From the NCBI GenBank assembly GCA_034226945.1, contig CP120458.1, positions 372,001 through 436,000 of the forward strand: a stretch of 64,000 bases of DNA, given 5' to 3'. Made by a program: the position numbers and the translations under genes. The first letter of the stretch is position 1; every line of letters starts with the position of its first letter. Positions 51,825 through 64,000 of the stretch are shown piece by piece. A model generated the notes under the pieces. It was not told the DNA's origin and did not search any database. It was given only the letters and a program-made list of their open reading frames with translations. The DNA is from Picochlorum sp. SENEW3. Its lineage: Eukaryota.

Positions 51825-54345
51825 ATGAGTGCAAGCACGAAATTCTCGTACTTTCTGATCGGACTGATCTTCTGCCTTGGACGTGCCCAAGGTGGTGAAG
51901 CTCCAACCGTTGCCCATATCAAGGAATTGGACAAAAACAATTTCGAGGAGTTCGTCTCCAACAGTCAATACGCACTGGTGAGCGAATCTGCCTGATTTGC
52001 TGCACTTGTTTGTCCAAGATTTCTCACTTGCTGTCATGCTTCTTCTGTTACAGGTTGAATTTTACGCTAACTGGTGTGGATATTGCCAGGTATCGCAATC
52101 AACTGCTGTGAAAAACCATAAATGAGTGTAAATATTTGGTCTTTTATGCAGGAGTTTGCACCAATTTACGAGGAAGCGGCACGAAGGCTTGCAGAACTGA
52201 ACACCTCCATCTTGGTGGGCAAGGTGGATGCTCCAGAGAATGAGGACCTGGCTGATCAATATGAGATCGATGGACTACCAACAGTTCGATGGTTTGTCAA
52301 TGGAAAGGACGAGCATGAGTATTCCGGTAGCCATAATATGTAAGGCAAAATGTTTGTACCCAACAAAAGTCTCTCTCTTGACTTGGTACTCACTGAATTT
52401 CATGTGTTGGGCGCAGCGATTCCTTCATGAGATGGATTAAAAAAGTGATGACTACGCCAGCGGAGGAAATCAAGACAGAGGAAGATCTTGAAAGATCTCA
52501 GGAGAATGCACTCTCGATAATTGGTGTCTTTGATGAATATTCTGGAGAGATCTACGAAGGATTCATGGGCCGTGCGTGTTACGATGACAGATATAAACAT
52601 CGAAATAGATAGATACTCATTATATTTTTTATGCCAAATGTGCTGCAGTTGCCATGTTCAGTGAAGATGTGGTGTTTTATCGGACAACCAACAGGGATCT
52701 TGTGCAGGTTGAAAAGACTCCAGGTAGGAATAATACCTGATTTTGCTGCCAGATGGGCATGTATCTAAATAAGATGTCATCTATTTGCAGGGCTTGTGTT
52801 CAGCAAAAACATTTCTGGACATCCTTTTGAAGTCATCAGAAAAGCATTGCTGGTAAAGGGTATGTAATTTGTTCCCTGCTTCACGATTGTCACAGTTGTA
52901 CATGTCTATTCATGAGCTACGACACATGATGCATCATGCTGGAATGCAGAAGATGAATTAGCTGAGAATGAAATCTATGATTTCATAGATGCACACAAAT
53001 ATCCAGATTATTTCACGTTTGAGGCAGATACACTGGAGAATATGACAGAAACGCTGGAAAAAGTGGATAGAGAATTCCATGTGCGTAGGTTTTGTGGAGA
53101 CCAGTTCCCCTGGTGCTGAAATATTTAATAAATACTTACATGGCTCATTGCACTTTGCTGCAGATCCATCTAGTAGTGAATGAGGAGTCACTGAGAGATG
53201 CCAACTTTTTGGAACTGGTCAGGGAAGCTGGTAAAGGTGTACGTGAAGGCCTAATGAACTAGTATCAATACATTGTCTTTTCTCACTGAACGACATGCTA
53301 TGATTACAATGTAGATTCAATCCAAATGTGTTCTGATCCTCTCGATTTTGGATGCGAAATCGCCACTAATGGACTCATTCCAGGTTAAGAATATCAGTAG
53401 TATTCAGGTAATCTAATCTTGCTCGAGAAGACACACATTCACTATATGACGCACTGACTGGGTATCTCTCCACATATCTGCAGATTTTTGCTGCACAAAT
53501 GCAATCTATCCGGAAATACAGCATGGACCCCCTTGACTCGAAGAAGTTTGATCCTGATACTGTGATTGCTTTTTCAAAGAGCATTACCTCTGGCGATACG
53601 AAATATCGTCAGTATGCGTCAGGTCTGTTCTCCTTGTTCCTGATGCATTATAATAGAATAGTATCGATTTCTGAGACATACATTTCGATGATATGCAGGG
53701 AAAATACCTGAGAATCAGTCTGAAAATGGAATAACCATTGTGGTTCGAGACACATTGGATGCAATCGCCAAAGATCCAGAAAAAGATGTTCTCATGCATG
53801 TGTATCAACCAGAAGATGACGAATCAATTTATATCAACTCTGATTTGGAAAATCTTGCCAAGGCGTTAGCGAATATCTCATCCATTGTACTGTCAAAGTT
53901 TGATGCCTCTGTCAATGAGCACAAGGACATTGACTATTCATTCGAGGTACGTTCGTGCGATCGAAACTCGTGATCGACGCCATTATCATGTTATGTAAAG
54001 TTTGAACTACTATATTCCCCGCAGGAGCTTCCAAAAATTGTCTTGTTCCCAGCCAAACAAAATGCAAAGCCAATCGTCATGGACACAACTGAAGGAGCAG
54101 ACGTCCAGGTATGACAAACTCATTCAGCAGAGTATGTGTGCATCGCACCTGTCTACATTTACCATTTGAGTATCTTTATGCAGAGTATGGCTACATTTGT
54201 CGAAGAACAAGCGGCAATCAAGTTCAATTTGCCCAGCTTAGAACAGTACATTCGTGAGGATGAATATGATGAGTACTCAGCCACGGAGGAAGATGATGAC
54301 AATGTCGCTGATGCCGATGTCAGTGGATCTCACGATGAATTATAG
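51825..54345 (+). CDS. ER protein disulfide isomerase-like protein, about 13 exons
   Basis: Signal peptide, VEFYANWCGYC, GKVDA, YEIDGLPTV, thioredoxin-like repeats, acidic tail ending HDEL*. Confidence 0.85.
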
Positions 54346-54439
54346 TCATCCAAATGATCCTAGTATGTATTCAGAATTATATATGTAATTATCTGATTGA
54401 TATCCTGGTCAAAGGATACCTTTTGGCACTCTCGTCACA

Positions 54440-55885
54440 ATGGGTATTCAAGTGCGTGTTTGTCTCTTTACCCTTTGAACCCAATACTCGCACATATTTA
54501 ATAAAGCACTATTTTAATTGCATCAGGGTCTCACAAAGTTGATTCAGGATCACGCACCAGCTGCGTTGAAAGAGCAAAAATTTGAAAATTATTTTGGAAG
54601 GAAGATTGCTGTGGATGCTTCAATGCACATATATTCCTTCTTAGTGCGTGATAAAATCACATTGAAAGCTTTTTAGATAGCATCCAGGTCATAATCTTAC
54701 GTTGCCTTGTGTTTTATGCAGGTCGCGGTTGGGCGTACTGGCGACCAGCTATTGACAAATGAAACTGGCGATGTTACAAGGTAGGATGCCTCGGATGCGT
54801 GTAGTGTAGATAGCAAAGTCGTGATATAACACATGTGTACGTGTAGTCATATTCTGGGCATGTTTTTCCGGACGACAAGGATGTTGGAAGCAGGTATAAA
54901 GCCAATGTATGTGACCATTGCTGTTAAAGTGTTTCATGTTGCTCCCACTTCTGAGGCATAGGATTTCTCTTGGTGTAGATTCGTATTCGAAGGAAAAGCC
55001 CCAGATTTAAAAAAGGAAGAGTTGGCCAAAAGAAGTGCAAGGAGAGAAGGCGCGAATGCTGAATTGGAGGCTGCCAAGGAGGCTGGGGACAAGGAAGGAA
55101 TAGAAAAGTTTTCAAAGCGGACGATTCGAGTCACACGAGAGCACAATGAGGATTGCAAGAAGCTCCTGAGATTAATGGGGATTCCAGTGATTGATGCTCC
55201 GTCAGAAGCTGAGGCGCAGTGCGCCCAACTTTGCAAAGAAGGCCATGTCTATGGAATTTCCACCGAGGATATGGACTCATTGACGCTAGGAACTCCCAAG
55301 TTGCTACGTCATCTAATGGCTCCAGCTGCCCAAAAAGTATCTGTTCTAGAATTTGACCATGATATGATATTGAAGGAGCTCGATTTGACAAATGATGAGT
55401 TTATTGACCTTTGCATTCTCTGTGGGTGTGACTACACATCCAAAATTCAGGGTATTGGTCCTGTGAGGGCGTTGCAACTGATTCGAAAGCACAAATGCAT
55501 CGAAAAGATTATCGAAGAATTAGATCCTACCAAGTATAAAATTCCTCAGGACTTTCCATACAAGGAAGCAAGAGAGCTTTTCAAAAGTCCAGACGTCCTG
55601 AAGCAAAGTGACATTCCTCCTCTCAAATGGAGAACTCCTGATGAAGAAGGTTTAATGGAATTTCTTGTGAAAGAGAAACATTTCGATGGTAAGAGAGTCA
55701 AGTCTGCTCTGACTAGAATAGCTGCTGCAAAGAGCAAGAGCACTCAAGGGCGTCTAGAAAGTTTTTTCGGACCTGTCTCTGTGAAACAAAGTTCCCGAAA
55801 GCGAGAGGCAAGCAAGCCGGCCACAAGCAAGGCGACTGCCAAGAAAAAGTCGAAATTAGGGAAAATCGGTGGAAGAAAAAATTGA
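54440..55885 (+). CDS. FEN1: Flap endonuclease 1, multi-exon
   Basis: MGIQ|GLTKLI...[43 protein letters not shown] box QGRLESFF. Confidence 0.97.
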
Positions 55886-55926
55886 ATGGAATGCAGCTTG
55901 GTCGTTGATCACAGAAGGCCAAGATG

Positions 55927-56046
55927 ATGAGCTAGCTCATAGACATCAGTCTAGACACTGCACTCGTGTCCAGCGCTAGCGCTGGAGATCTCCGCGGAGA
56001 TCTAGATCTCCTCAATCCTGTTGGGTACGTACCCACTCTCCAGCGC
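55927..56046. repeat. Cluster of perfect short palindromes and an inverted repeat
   Basis: ATGAGCTAGCTCAT (55927-55940), TCCAGCGCTAGCGCTGGA (55969-55986), AGATCTCCGCGGAGATCT (55986-56003), GGAGATCTAGATCTCC (55996-56011), TGGGTACGTACCCA (56022-56035). A 10-bp inverted repeat pairs 55979-55988 with 56037-56046. Confidence 0.95.
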
Positions 56047-56422
56047 AAGCCGATGCGAACATACAAGATATCCTAACCTTTGCACGACGCATGCAAATAT
56101 TAAAGATTTTTCATTTGCTTAAAATAGTAATCAACGGATACACAACGAAAGAGGGAGGTCCACCGTTGTTTGTAACAGACATTCGTAGATCTCCGTTAGG
56201 CGCAACACGGTATCGCACCCTGACGCTGCTCACATACATTTACCACTCGTGTGCCATTAAAAGTATCAAAAAGGTACGTTTACATGTTTGTATGAGAGAA
56301 AGGTGTGATTTCATCTGTATGTGAAGCAACGACGATGATACTGTGTAACGGTCGGGTAACCGCTCTGGTTGCAGGTTCCAGCATTTTGAGCACGAGACAC
56401 GAAGGAACATTTTGGGCTTGTA

Positions 56423-58443
56423 ATGCTCCTTCAAATGATCATTAATATCATGTTGAATTTATTGAAGCTCAGCAGAGGCGTCAGTTGCATCCTCACCATC
56501 CTTTTTTGTCAGGGTCTTGTCGTAGTGCTCTCTGCCCCTGATCAGGTTCCACAAGATGACATTGTACAGAGGGGATTTTGTGAGCGATATACCGTTGAGG
56601 CTGGAGAAAGCGCATTGAGCATTGCGCAAAAGTTCCATGTCGAGTACGAAGACTTTGTTATAGCTCTCAAAGATTGTATTGGTTATGAGGAGGGAACATT
56701 TCTGCAAGTAGGGCAACAAGTTTGTCTCCCTCCTTACTCTCCAGCTTGTAGGTTTGTCTCAGAAGTCGATAAAAATGATAAATGCAAGTTGTATGAAGTT
56801 CAACATGGCGATACCCTAGCAAAGATAGCAGAGTATTTTGACATTGGCCTTGAAGACCTGGCTTCTTTGAATTTGCTTAATCTGACCACAACAGTGGTGC
56901 CTGGGATGAATCTATTGCTTACCTGGGACCAAAGCTGTCCTGAAACTCTTCTGCCAACTCAGAGTGATGTAAATTCATGCCAACACGGAGACTGTGATGT
57001 TGAGGAATCTCTGGGTTGCAAAATTCACATTGCAGCTGAAGGAGAGAGTCTGGAGACTATATCTGCTCTTTATAATGTGACTTTAGACGTTTTAGTCCAA
57101 AATAATCCCAACCATCAGAAGATTGAGCCTGGTGGGGAAATTTATATCCCTCAAGGGGGTGAAGGGTGTCAGGAGCAAGTTCAAGTGAGGCCGTACGTGA
57201 CTTGTATGAGGAAATGTCGTCATCGACTGTCTACCTATCTTTTTTGACTATTCATTCGATTTTGTAGGACTTCTGAAGCTGTTTCTGTGGAGGTACTTGC
57301 CCCAAAACCCTCGGACCACGTTTCCACTGATGTTCCTCAGAGTGGACCTGACCCTCCTTCTTCTGTTTTAAACCCCCCAAACCTTGAGGTAACGCCTGAC
57401 TTGTCCCATGAAGAAAAACTTGTGGTTGATATGATGATCAATCGTATGACCAAGAAAGAGTTTCAGCAAAAGCAAATGGAGTATTCAGTCAACTTAGCAT
57501 TCTCCACTAAAGTGCCAGTCTCAGCTGTGAATATCCGATTCGGTGCGCTATATCTTTTTCACATGAAAGCACCAAGATACCTTGATACCTAACTAAATGT
57601 ATTTTTATGTGTCTTGCAGTCCTTCCGGTGACAGGTGAGGTACAGGGTAGGAAATTGTTGTCTGAAAGTCAACTGAAAGTAGATACTGCAATATTTGGAA
57701 ACAAATCTCGAATTTACGACAATTTGGCGTCATCAATAGAAAACGGCGCATTGATAATGCAGATGAGAGAAGACAGTTTCGACATTTTGAAAATTACGGT
57801 GGTGTATCCAGAGGATGAGATGCAGGTCCTCTACAATCCAGGCGAACTCCCAATGGAGAGTGAGAGCAGCAGCAGTTCATTACCACTCCCAATGGGTGCA
57901 CTCATCGGAATATCTGCGGGTGGAGCTGTCATGATTGTTTTAGTAGTAGTCTTGTGCTGCTGTGCATCTGCCAGGAAAAGACAGAAAGCCCTTGTGCAAA
58001 AGGAAAAGATGCAAAAACAAATCACTGAAAACTCCACTGGTTCAAAACAATCTTCCAAGACAAAAATAGACCTCCAAGCATTTTCCCCATACAATGGTGA
58101 TGTTTTGGGTACTAACATAGTAATACCTGTAGATCTGTCAGGAAAACCAATCAAGACATACATAACAGGTGCAGGCAGGTGCCAGGCCAATGGTAATAGT
58201 GAGACTGCCGTGCCCCAAGAAGTCCTTGATCGAGTATATCAATATCAAGCAGCTGGCAAATTTAGGGTACATGATCGAATACAAAGCTCCCAAAGGGCCG
58301 CTAGTCACCATGCTCTCCTGAAAGAGGAGACGAAAGGCCCAGCAACTGGCCAGCGCAACGAGAGAACAAAAAGCAACTCAAAATTACCTGCAGCAAGCAA
58401 CACACCTAGGGTGTCAAGTTTATCTCGATATATGGAGCTGTAA
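56423..58443 (+). CDS. LysM (x3) type I membrane protein, 3 exons
   Basis: Signal-like N-terminus. LysM YTVEAGESALSIAQKF, YEVQHGDTLAKIAEYF, HIAAEGESLETISALY. Pro-rich stalk, GRKLL, TM ALIGISAGGAVMIVLVVVLCCC, and a cytoplasmic tail with no kinase domain. Confidence 0.87.
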
Positions 58444-58837
58444 AATGTGTTTTGAATACCTACTCGGCAACTCCCTCTCAATGCGAATGTGCGCTTCCAC
58501 ATTCACAAGTCTCATCACAGGAGAAGTTCATGACCTCGTGGCCCTGGATTCCAGGCAACGCGTTAAACTCGATGCGCACATACGTGGCAATCGGCGCAAC
58601 GAAAGATACTTTCTTTTATTAAGAAAATTATTAGAAGTATTTTCTTCGAGGTTATCATCAAAGGTACGATATTCAGGAACCCTGAGTGCCCAACGCGATG
58701 GCGGTTGGCCTGCTGCGTCAAGGCGGCAAAGAGTGTTCAAATGGGATCTACAACGTCTCAGAACGTATTGAAATTTATAAAAGTTGGTGAGAATGTCTTA
58801 ACAAAGCGTGAAATGAATTGTGCCGTGCAGACGAGGG

Positions 58838-60223
58838 ATGAGATCTGTAGCATTTGCGCTTGCTTTCTGTGCAGTTACTGGAGTTCTTGCTCAAACTCGT
58901 GCGTTTTGTTTATTATATGAATACATAGATGAATAAAAGTGAAATTTGAGAGGAAATACCTCGCTAAGGTGACGTTTTCTAACCTGAAGCACTGTGGCTC
59001 TGCAGCCGTATGTCCTACTTACGTGGTTCAGGCAGGGGACTCCTTGTTCAGTATTCAGCAGAAATTTGATATTCTGTCACCAGGTATGTTCAATATCTTT
59101 GAGTATCGATATCAGGGGCGTATTTTACCTCGTGAATATGTCTTGCAATGTAGATGACTTGACAAATGCCCTTCTGGCCTGTGGACAGCAGACTGACCTC
59201 CTCCAAATTGGTCAAGAGATTTGTCTCCCAGGTGCAGACAAACCTGGGTGCGCAAATGTGAGGTCATACAATAATGATGACAACTGCAAGGTGTACATTG
59301 TTCAGCAGGGTGATACCATTGAGTCTGTCGCAAACAGTTTGGACATATTCCGTGATACGCTCGACAATTTGAACAAGGATGTGCAAGCCGGGGGTATTTT
59401 GCAGCCAAACAAGTACTTGAAACTCCCTCCTTGGTCCAATCAGTGTGGCGATCCCAACAAGTCAGGCGAGTCATGCAGGCTCTACATCGTAAACAGTGGT
59501 GATTTCATTGCTGGCATTGCAGCTGCCTATGGAGTGACAGTTGATGACCTCCTCTCCGTTAATCCTGGGCTGGACGCGAACTCCGTTCTTCAGAATAGTC
59601 AACCTATCAAGATTCCACCCTTCCCTGCGAGTTGCGGGGCTGGAGTTCCATCCAAACCTCCCACTGACACAGTTTTGAAATGCAGGGGTTACAGAGTCCA
59701 GCAAGGTGACAATATTCAGCAGATTGCGCAAGCTTTCAAAACAACAGTGAATGACATCACTGCTGTCAATCCTGAATTGTCTGGAGGTGCATTAGTGCAA
59801 CCTGGTACAATTGTCAAGATCCCCCCATATGATAACACGTGTGACAAGCCAATCTTGGTTCAGATTGATAATGCAGGGGCCAACCCACCCCCCAGCGGTG
59901 GTGCCACACCAGTCCCAGTCCCAGTCCCAGTCCCGGTCCCGGTTCCAGTGACAAATCCTTCGCCAGTTCCAATCCCAGTTAGCAGACCATCTCCTGTGCC
60001 AGTGCCAGTCAGGGTGCCATCCCCATCCCCATCCCCGTCCCCATCTCCCTCTCCAGCACCCGAACCAATCGCATCAGAACCTGAATCTGCAGATTCCCCA
60101 GCACCAGCCGTTGTCATTGCTTTGGCACCAGAGATTGCTCCAACTCCTGCCCCAAGTAGTTCTCCAGGAGTGCACATAGTGGCATCTGCAGCCATGAGCA
60201 TTCTTGTATTCTTGTTCTTTTGA
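58838..60223 (+). CDS. LysM (x4) secreted protein with PV/PS-repeat stalk and GPI-signal-like C-terminus, 3 exons
   Basis: Signal MRSVAFALAFCAVTGVLAQT. Introns 58899-59005 and 59084-59153. LysM YVVQAGD, YIVQQGD, YIVNSGD, YRVQQGD. Ends PSSSPGVHIVASAAMSILVFLFF*. Confidence 0.9.
59908..60055 (+). repeat. Coding hexamer repeats (CCAGTC)n and (CCATCC)n encoding PV and PS dipeptide repeats
   Basis: Directly visible; encodes an HRGP-like stalk. Confidence 0.9.
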
Positions 60224-60976
60224 TGGTATCAGTAATGGATTTTATTTTACTTGAGTAAGAGCAAGTGTCTGTAATAGGGAATATATCTAAACATCAATGG
60301 CGCATCCCGGTGTATGTATGCCACCACGCTGCCTAGAGCTGTAGGTATATTCTTCCATGCAGCTGCAATATGGTGCAATCAAAGATTTGGGTTGCACCCC
60401 ACATGAATATGTGCAGTTATAACTGGTACATAATGGTACCCGAAGTCAAGTGCACTTCTAGAAAGTATCAAGAGAAAATTCATGCAGCGTGTTGCTTTCT
60501 TGCAAGCAACCTTGAATCCGTTTCAAGATGAAACCTGCACTTCACACTTTATGCCTGGTCTATGTAGTGTCCTAAACATCTCCCTGTTCACTCATCTCTT
60601 CCTCGATGACAGCATGCCCTTGGTATCTACCGCTCATTTGTCTCGGGCACTTGGAGACCTCCAATCAGCACAGCACAGCAGTCCATCTTCAATGGCCATC
60701 TAGTCCCTTCCTTGGATCGAGCCGACCGGATCTGCATACTGCGAGCAACGACGGTTTGGCGCCCGTCATCATCCACGAAGCACGAGTCTCGTATAGAATT
60801 ACAATCCAGTGAGTGTTTCAATGTCATAAGATTAAAACTTTGAGTTCCGAAGGTCCGAAAACTCTATCTATTCAGGCGTTAACCTGGTAGGTGCTGACAC
60901 GAGCAGTTGCTGTGTGTCTTAGTCACGATACTATCTCTTGTTGTAACCGCCACAAGCAACAATATTTATTCTCGCA

Positions 60977-63900
60977 ATGGCTCATAGTGAGAATATGAAT
61001 GAAGACATAGGTACGTCTGGAGGCGATCCTGAATACCGTGTGACACTTCCCCGGGCTGGACGCGGTTTCCCCGTCAAGTCCGTAGGAGGCGCGGTTCATT
61101 GCAAGGACCCTGCGAACAACGTCTGATAAAAAAAGTACACAATCATTAGATGCAGGACAGGAGTTGCCTGACCTGCTGGTGGCGAACACCGACGTCACCA
61201 TACAGTCTCCAATTGACGAATACTACCAGAACCTTGCGTTAAGGCTGGAGGAGCTCAAGACTGAGTTTACGAAAGTTGAGGCGAAAACAGGCAATGAACA
61301 GACTTTTGAAGATTACATTCAAGGTGATCGGGAGTTTGCCGAGGGTGTTCAACAGAATAGCCAGCGATATTACGATGCACTCAAAGTTCTTAGGGCTGAC
61401 ACACAAATATTTTATCCAGTTCCCAGTGAAGTGTATCGGGACGAATGGGACGATGTCATCATGGATGATACTATGGAATATACACATTGTCGATATACTC
61501 CAGTCGTCACAGAAGATGCCCGTGACTTTGGAATTGATGGATACACTTTAAGACTGCAACGAGAAGACAGGAGGATTCGCTTAATGATTTGCGTAACGTT
61601 GTACAACGAAGATCAAGATACTCTTCGGAAGACATTGTTGGGCATATGTGATAATTTGGAAGTGTTGTACGAAAAGTTCACTCTTGCTGATGGAAGAAAG
61701 GGGCTGGATTGGCAAGAAGTTGCAGTGTGCATAATACAGGATGGGTTGCCCATGGCAGATCAATCTGTCATCGCTGCAGCAACGGTGCAAGGATTTTTTT
61801 CCCCGGTTGTTCTTCAAAATGATGTGCTTGGGACACCAACATCCTTGCACTTGTTTGAATACACTGCCAGATACAAGAAGCATGCAGGTATTGACAATTA
61901 TCCCCCATTGCAGGTAGTTTTTGCTACCAAATCAAAAAACAAAGGAAAATTGGACTCTCACTGTTGGTTTTTTGACGCCTTCTCTTATTTAATTCAGCCC
62001 GAATACTGTGTATTGTTTGATGCTGGGACAAGGCCCATGCCGAATGCATTGAAGGCAGTCTGTACACATTTTCAAAGGTATCCTAATGTTGGAGCACTTA
62101 CAGGGGAACTCAAGGTTGAGAGACCATACAGAACTTTCCTTGCTTCCGTTCAATTCTGTGAGTGGAAGGTATCTCACTTGTTGCAGAAACCAATTGAGTC
62201 CATCTGTGGATTTCTTACTGTCTTGCCTGGGGCTTTCTCAGCTTTTCGATGGCTGGCAATTGATGGAGAGCCCCTTCGAAGGTATTTCTATGGTCTCTAC
62301 TCCCAAGCAGAGCTGAATGCTTTTGAAGCCAACATGTATCTGGCAGAGGATAGGATTTTGTGTCTTGAAGTGGTTGCAAAAAAGGGGTGCCAGTATAGAT
62401 TAGAGTATGTCAAAGAGGCTGTTGCTGAGGCAGATCCAGTCACAAGGCTCGTAAATTTGATGAAGCAGAGACGTCGATGGCTGAATGGCACATTTTTCGC
62501 CATGCTCTATGCGTTGGGTAATATGAGCCGAATCTGGTCGGAATCTGGACACTCGTTCATGCGGAAGCTTGTCCTCACCACTGAATTCATCTATTTGACA
62601 TTGGTGACTTTGGTAGGAACATGGTTTGGCATCGGTATCTTCTTTGTGATGCTTACAACTTTACTGGAAGTCGCATTCACTGGACCAGGGTGGCTTCAAT
62701 CGATTGGTTATGGAGTTGAACTGCTCTATCTGTTCCTCCTTGTGACTGAGTTGATAATCAATCTAAAGAACAAACCTGAACCCGTCGAAAAGGTTCGTCT
62801 CCTTTTGTTTCTTTTCTTTTGAGCGAGTATGATGATCATGCTTTTCATTTTGCAGATACATTCATTCTGTGCAATCTACTTTGCGCTTTACATGCTGGTG
62901 TTTACTGGTGTCACGATATCATTCTTCATTACAAACTCGACTTTCACTTTTGCAAATGTTTCCTCAGATAAGCTTGGACTGCTTGTTGTCTTGCTGATGA
63001 GTGCTATTGGAGGTATTCTCCTGACTGCCTTGCTTCATGGAGATTTAGTGCAAGTGCTATGCTCTGGATTCCAATATTGGCTCATGGTGCCAACATTTTT
63101 CAACATTTTGCAAGTCAATGCTTTCTGCAATGCGGATGATATTTCATGGGGGACAAAGAACTTGGACAAGAGGGGAGATCACGAGGCTGTCAAAACTCAG
63201 TCAAAGAAGCTCGCATATCGTGTTCGGCCGACTCAGGCATCTCGTGCATTCTGGAAGGCGATGGGAGATCTTCAATCCCATTTATTTGACCAAGAGCAGG
63301 TGAAAAAGTACAATGCTAGAAAAGAGGCCAAGTTAAAGGCATTTGCCTCTTACCTTCTCATTGCGTGGGTTGGATCAAATATCATATTGGTTTCAATCAT
63401 CCTGATTGTCTCAAAAACAACATGGGAAGTTTGTGCTGTGACAGAATCGCAGTTGGCAGTATCAGCAATAAGATCTCAAGCAGATGACTATGATAAAGCC
63501 CTAGCAATAGCAGACTTGGTTCAAACAGCAGCAACAATTCTCATGAGAGGATCACAGCTGTATCCATTTGATGGCTTACAAGGCTTTCCGCAAGCGTATC
63601 CCATGTTGGTGAGTGGTGATGCTCAAGCAAATGCAGCAAGAGGGTCAAGGGTGACAGTTCTGGCAAATGCTACAGAAATGTTCAACAACCTTGACCAAAG
63701 CATGCCTAAATTCGAGGACTGGCTGGCAGAATCAATGGGTATTAATGCATCCGCAACGCTTGAAGAGTTTGAGCAAATATGGATACCAATGCCATCGAAT
63801 ACTACAGGTTTCGATACATCAGTCACCTGCAAAGAGGAAAATGGGTACACCTATTACCTGCAAGCACAGTTCTTACTTCTGATGATAATTGTCTGTTTCC

Positions 63901-64000
63901 AGGTTGGAGGGTCCATTATCTTTATCATTTTCACCTGGTGGAGAAGATTCACTGGAGCAGCGTTTGGCACTGGCTTCGGGCGCATTCCAGAAGGTGCATT
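60977..64000 (+). CDS. CHS: Chitin synthase (GT2, division-1/fungal class I-III/oomycete-like), partial at 3' end
   Basis: VTLYNED, KNKGKLDSH, LFDAGT, VLPGAFSAFRW, YLAEDRIL, QRRRWLNG. After intron 62793-62855 the frame reads AFCNADDISWGTK and stays open to 64000. First exon 60977-61010 is inferred. Confidence 0.95.

Noticed and set aside
56125..56355. Three AACGG (MSA-like mitotic element) cores upstream of the LysM-TM gene, and a few near GFAT
   Set aside because: A 5-mer that was not found upstream of CDA or CHS; too weak without statistics.
56423..58443. LysM receptor-like kinase interpretation
   Set aside because: The cytoplasmic tail has no kinase motifs and ends at stop 58443.

Overview
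Gene-dense eukaryotic nuclear DNA with about 31 supportable protein genes, short GT-AG introns, nuclear-encoded plastid proteins and TGTAA motifs after many stop codons. This fits a compact chlorophyte green-alga genome (Picochlorum/Chlorella-like; inference). Most genes are housekeeping: IWS1, APS kinase, TerC, eIF4G, SnRK1 beta-gamma, CDPK, TPP, DEAD helicase, plastid PDH E1a, CIA2/AE7, TBC RabGAP, kinesin, enolase, LST8, MOS1-like, Tim17-family, TrpRS, NHA antiporter, PDI-like and FEN1. The standout is a candidate chitin/chitosan cell-wall system in two co-oriented blocks. Block 1 (19.2-27.8 kb) holds a membrane-anchored CE4 chitin deacetylase with 2 LysM domains, GFAT, and a Pro-rich beta-helix membrane protein. 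Block 2 (56.4-64 kb) holds two paralogous Cys-capped LysM surface proteins (one TM, one probably GPI-anchored) and a division-1-type chitin synthase that runs off the window end. A dense run of perfect palindromes lies just upstream of block 2. No tRNA, rRNA, CRISPR or transposase was recognised. Exon boundaries were read by eye and are provisional.
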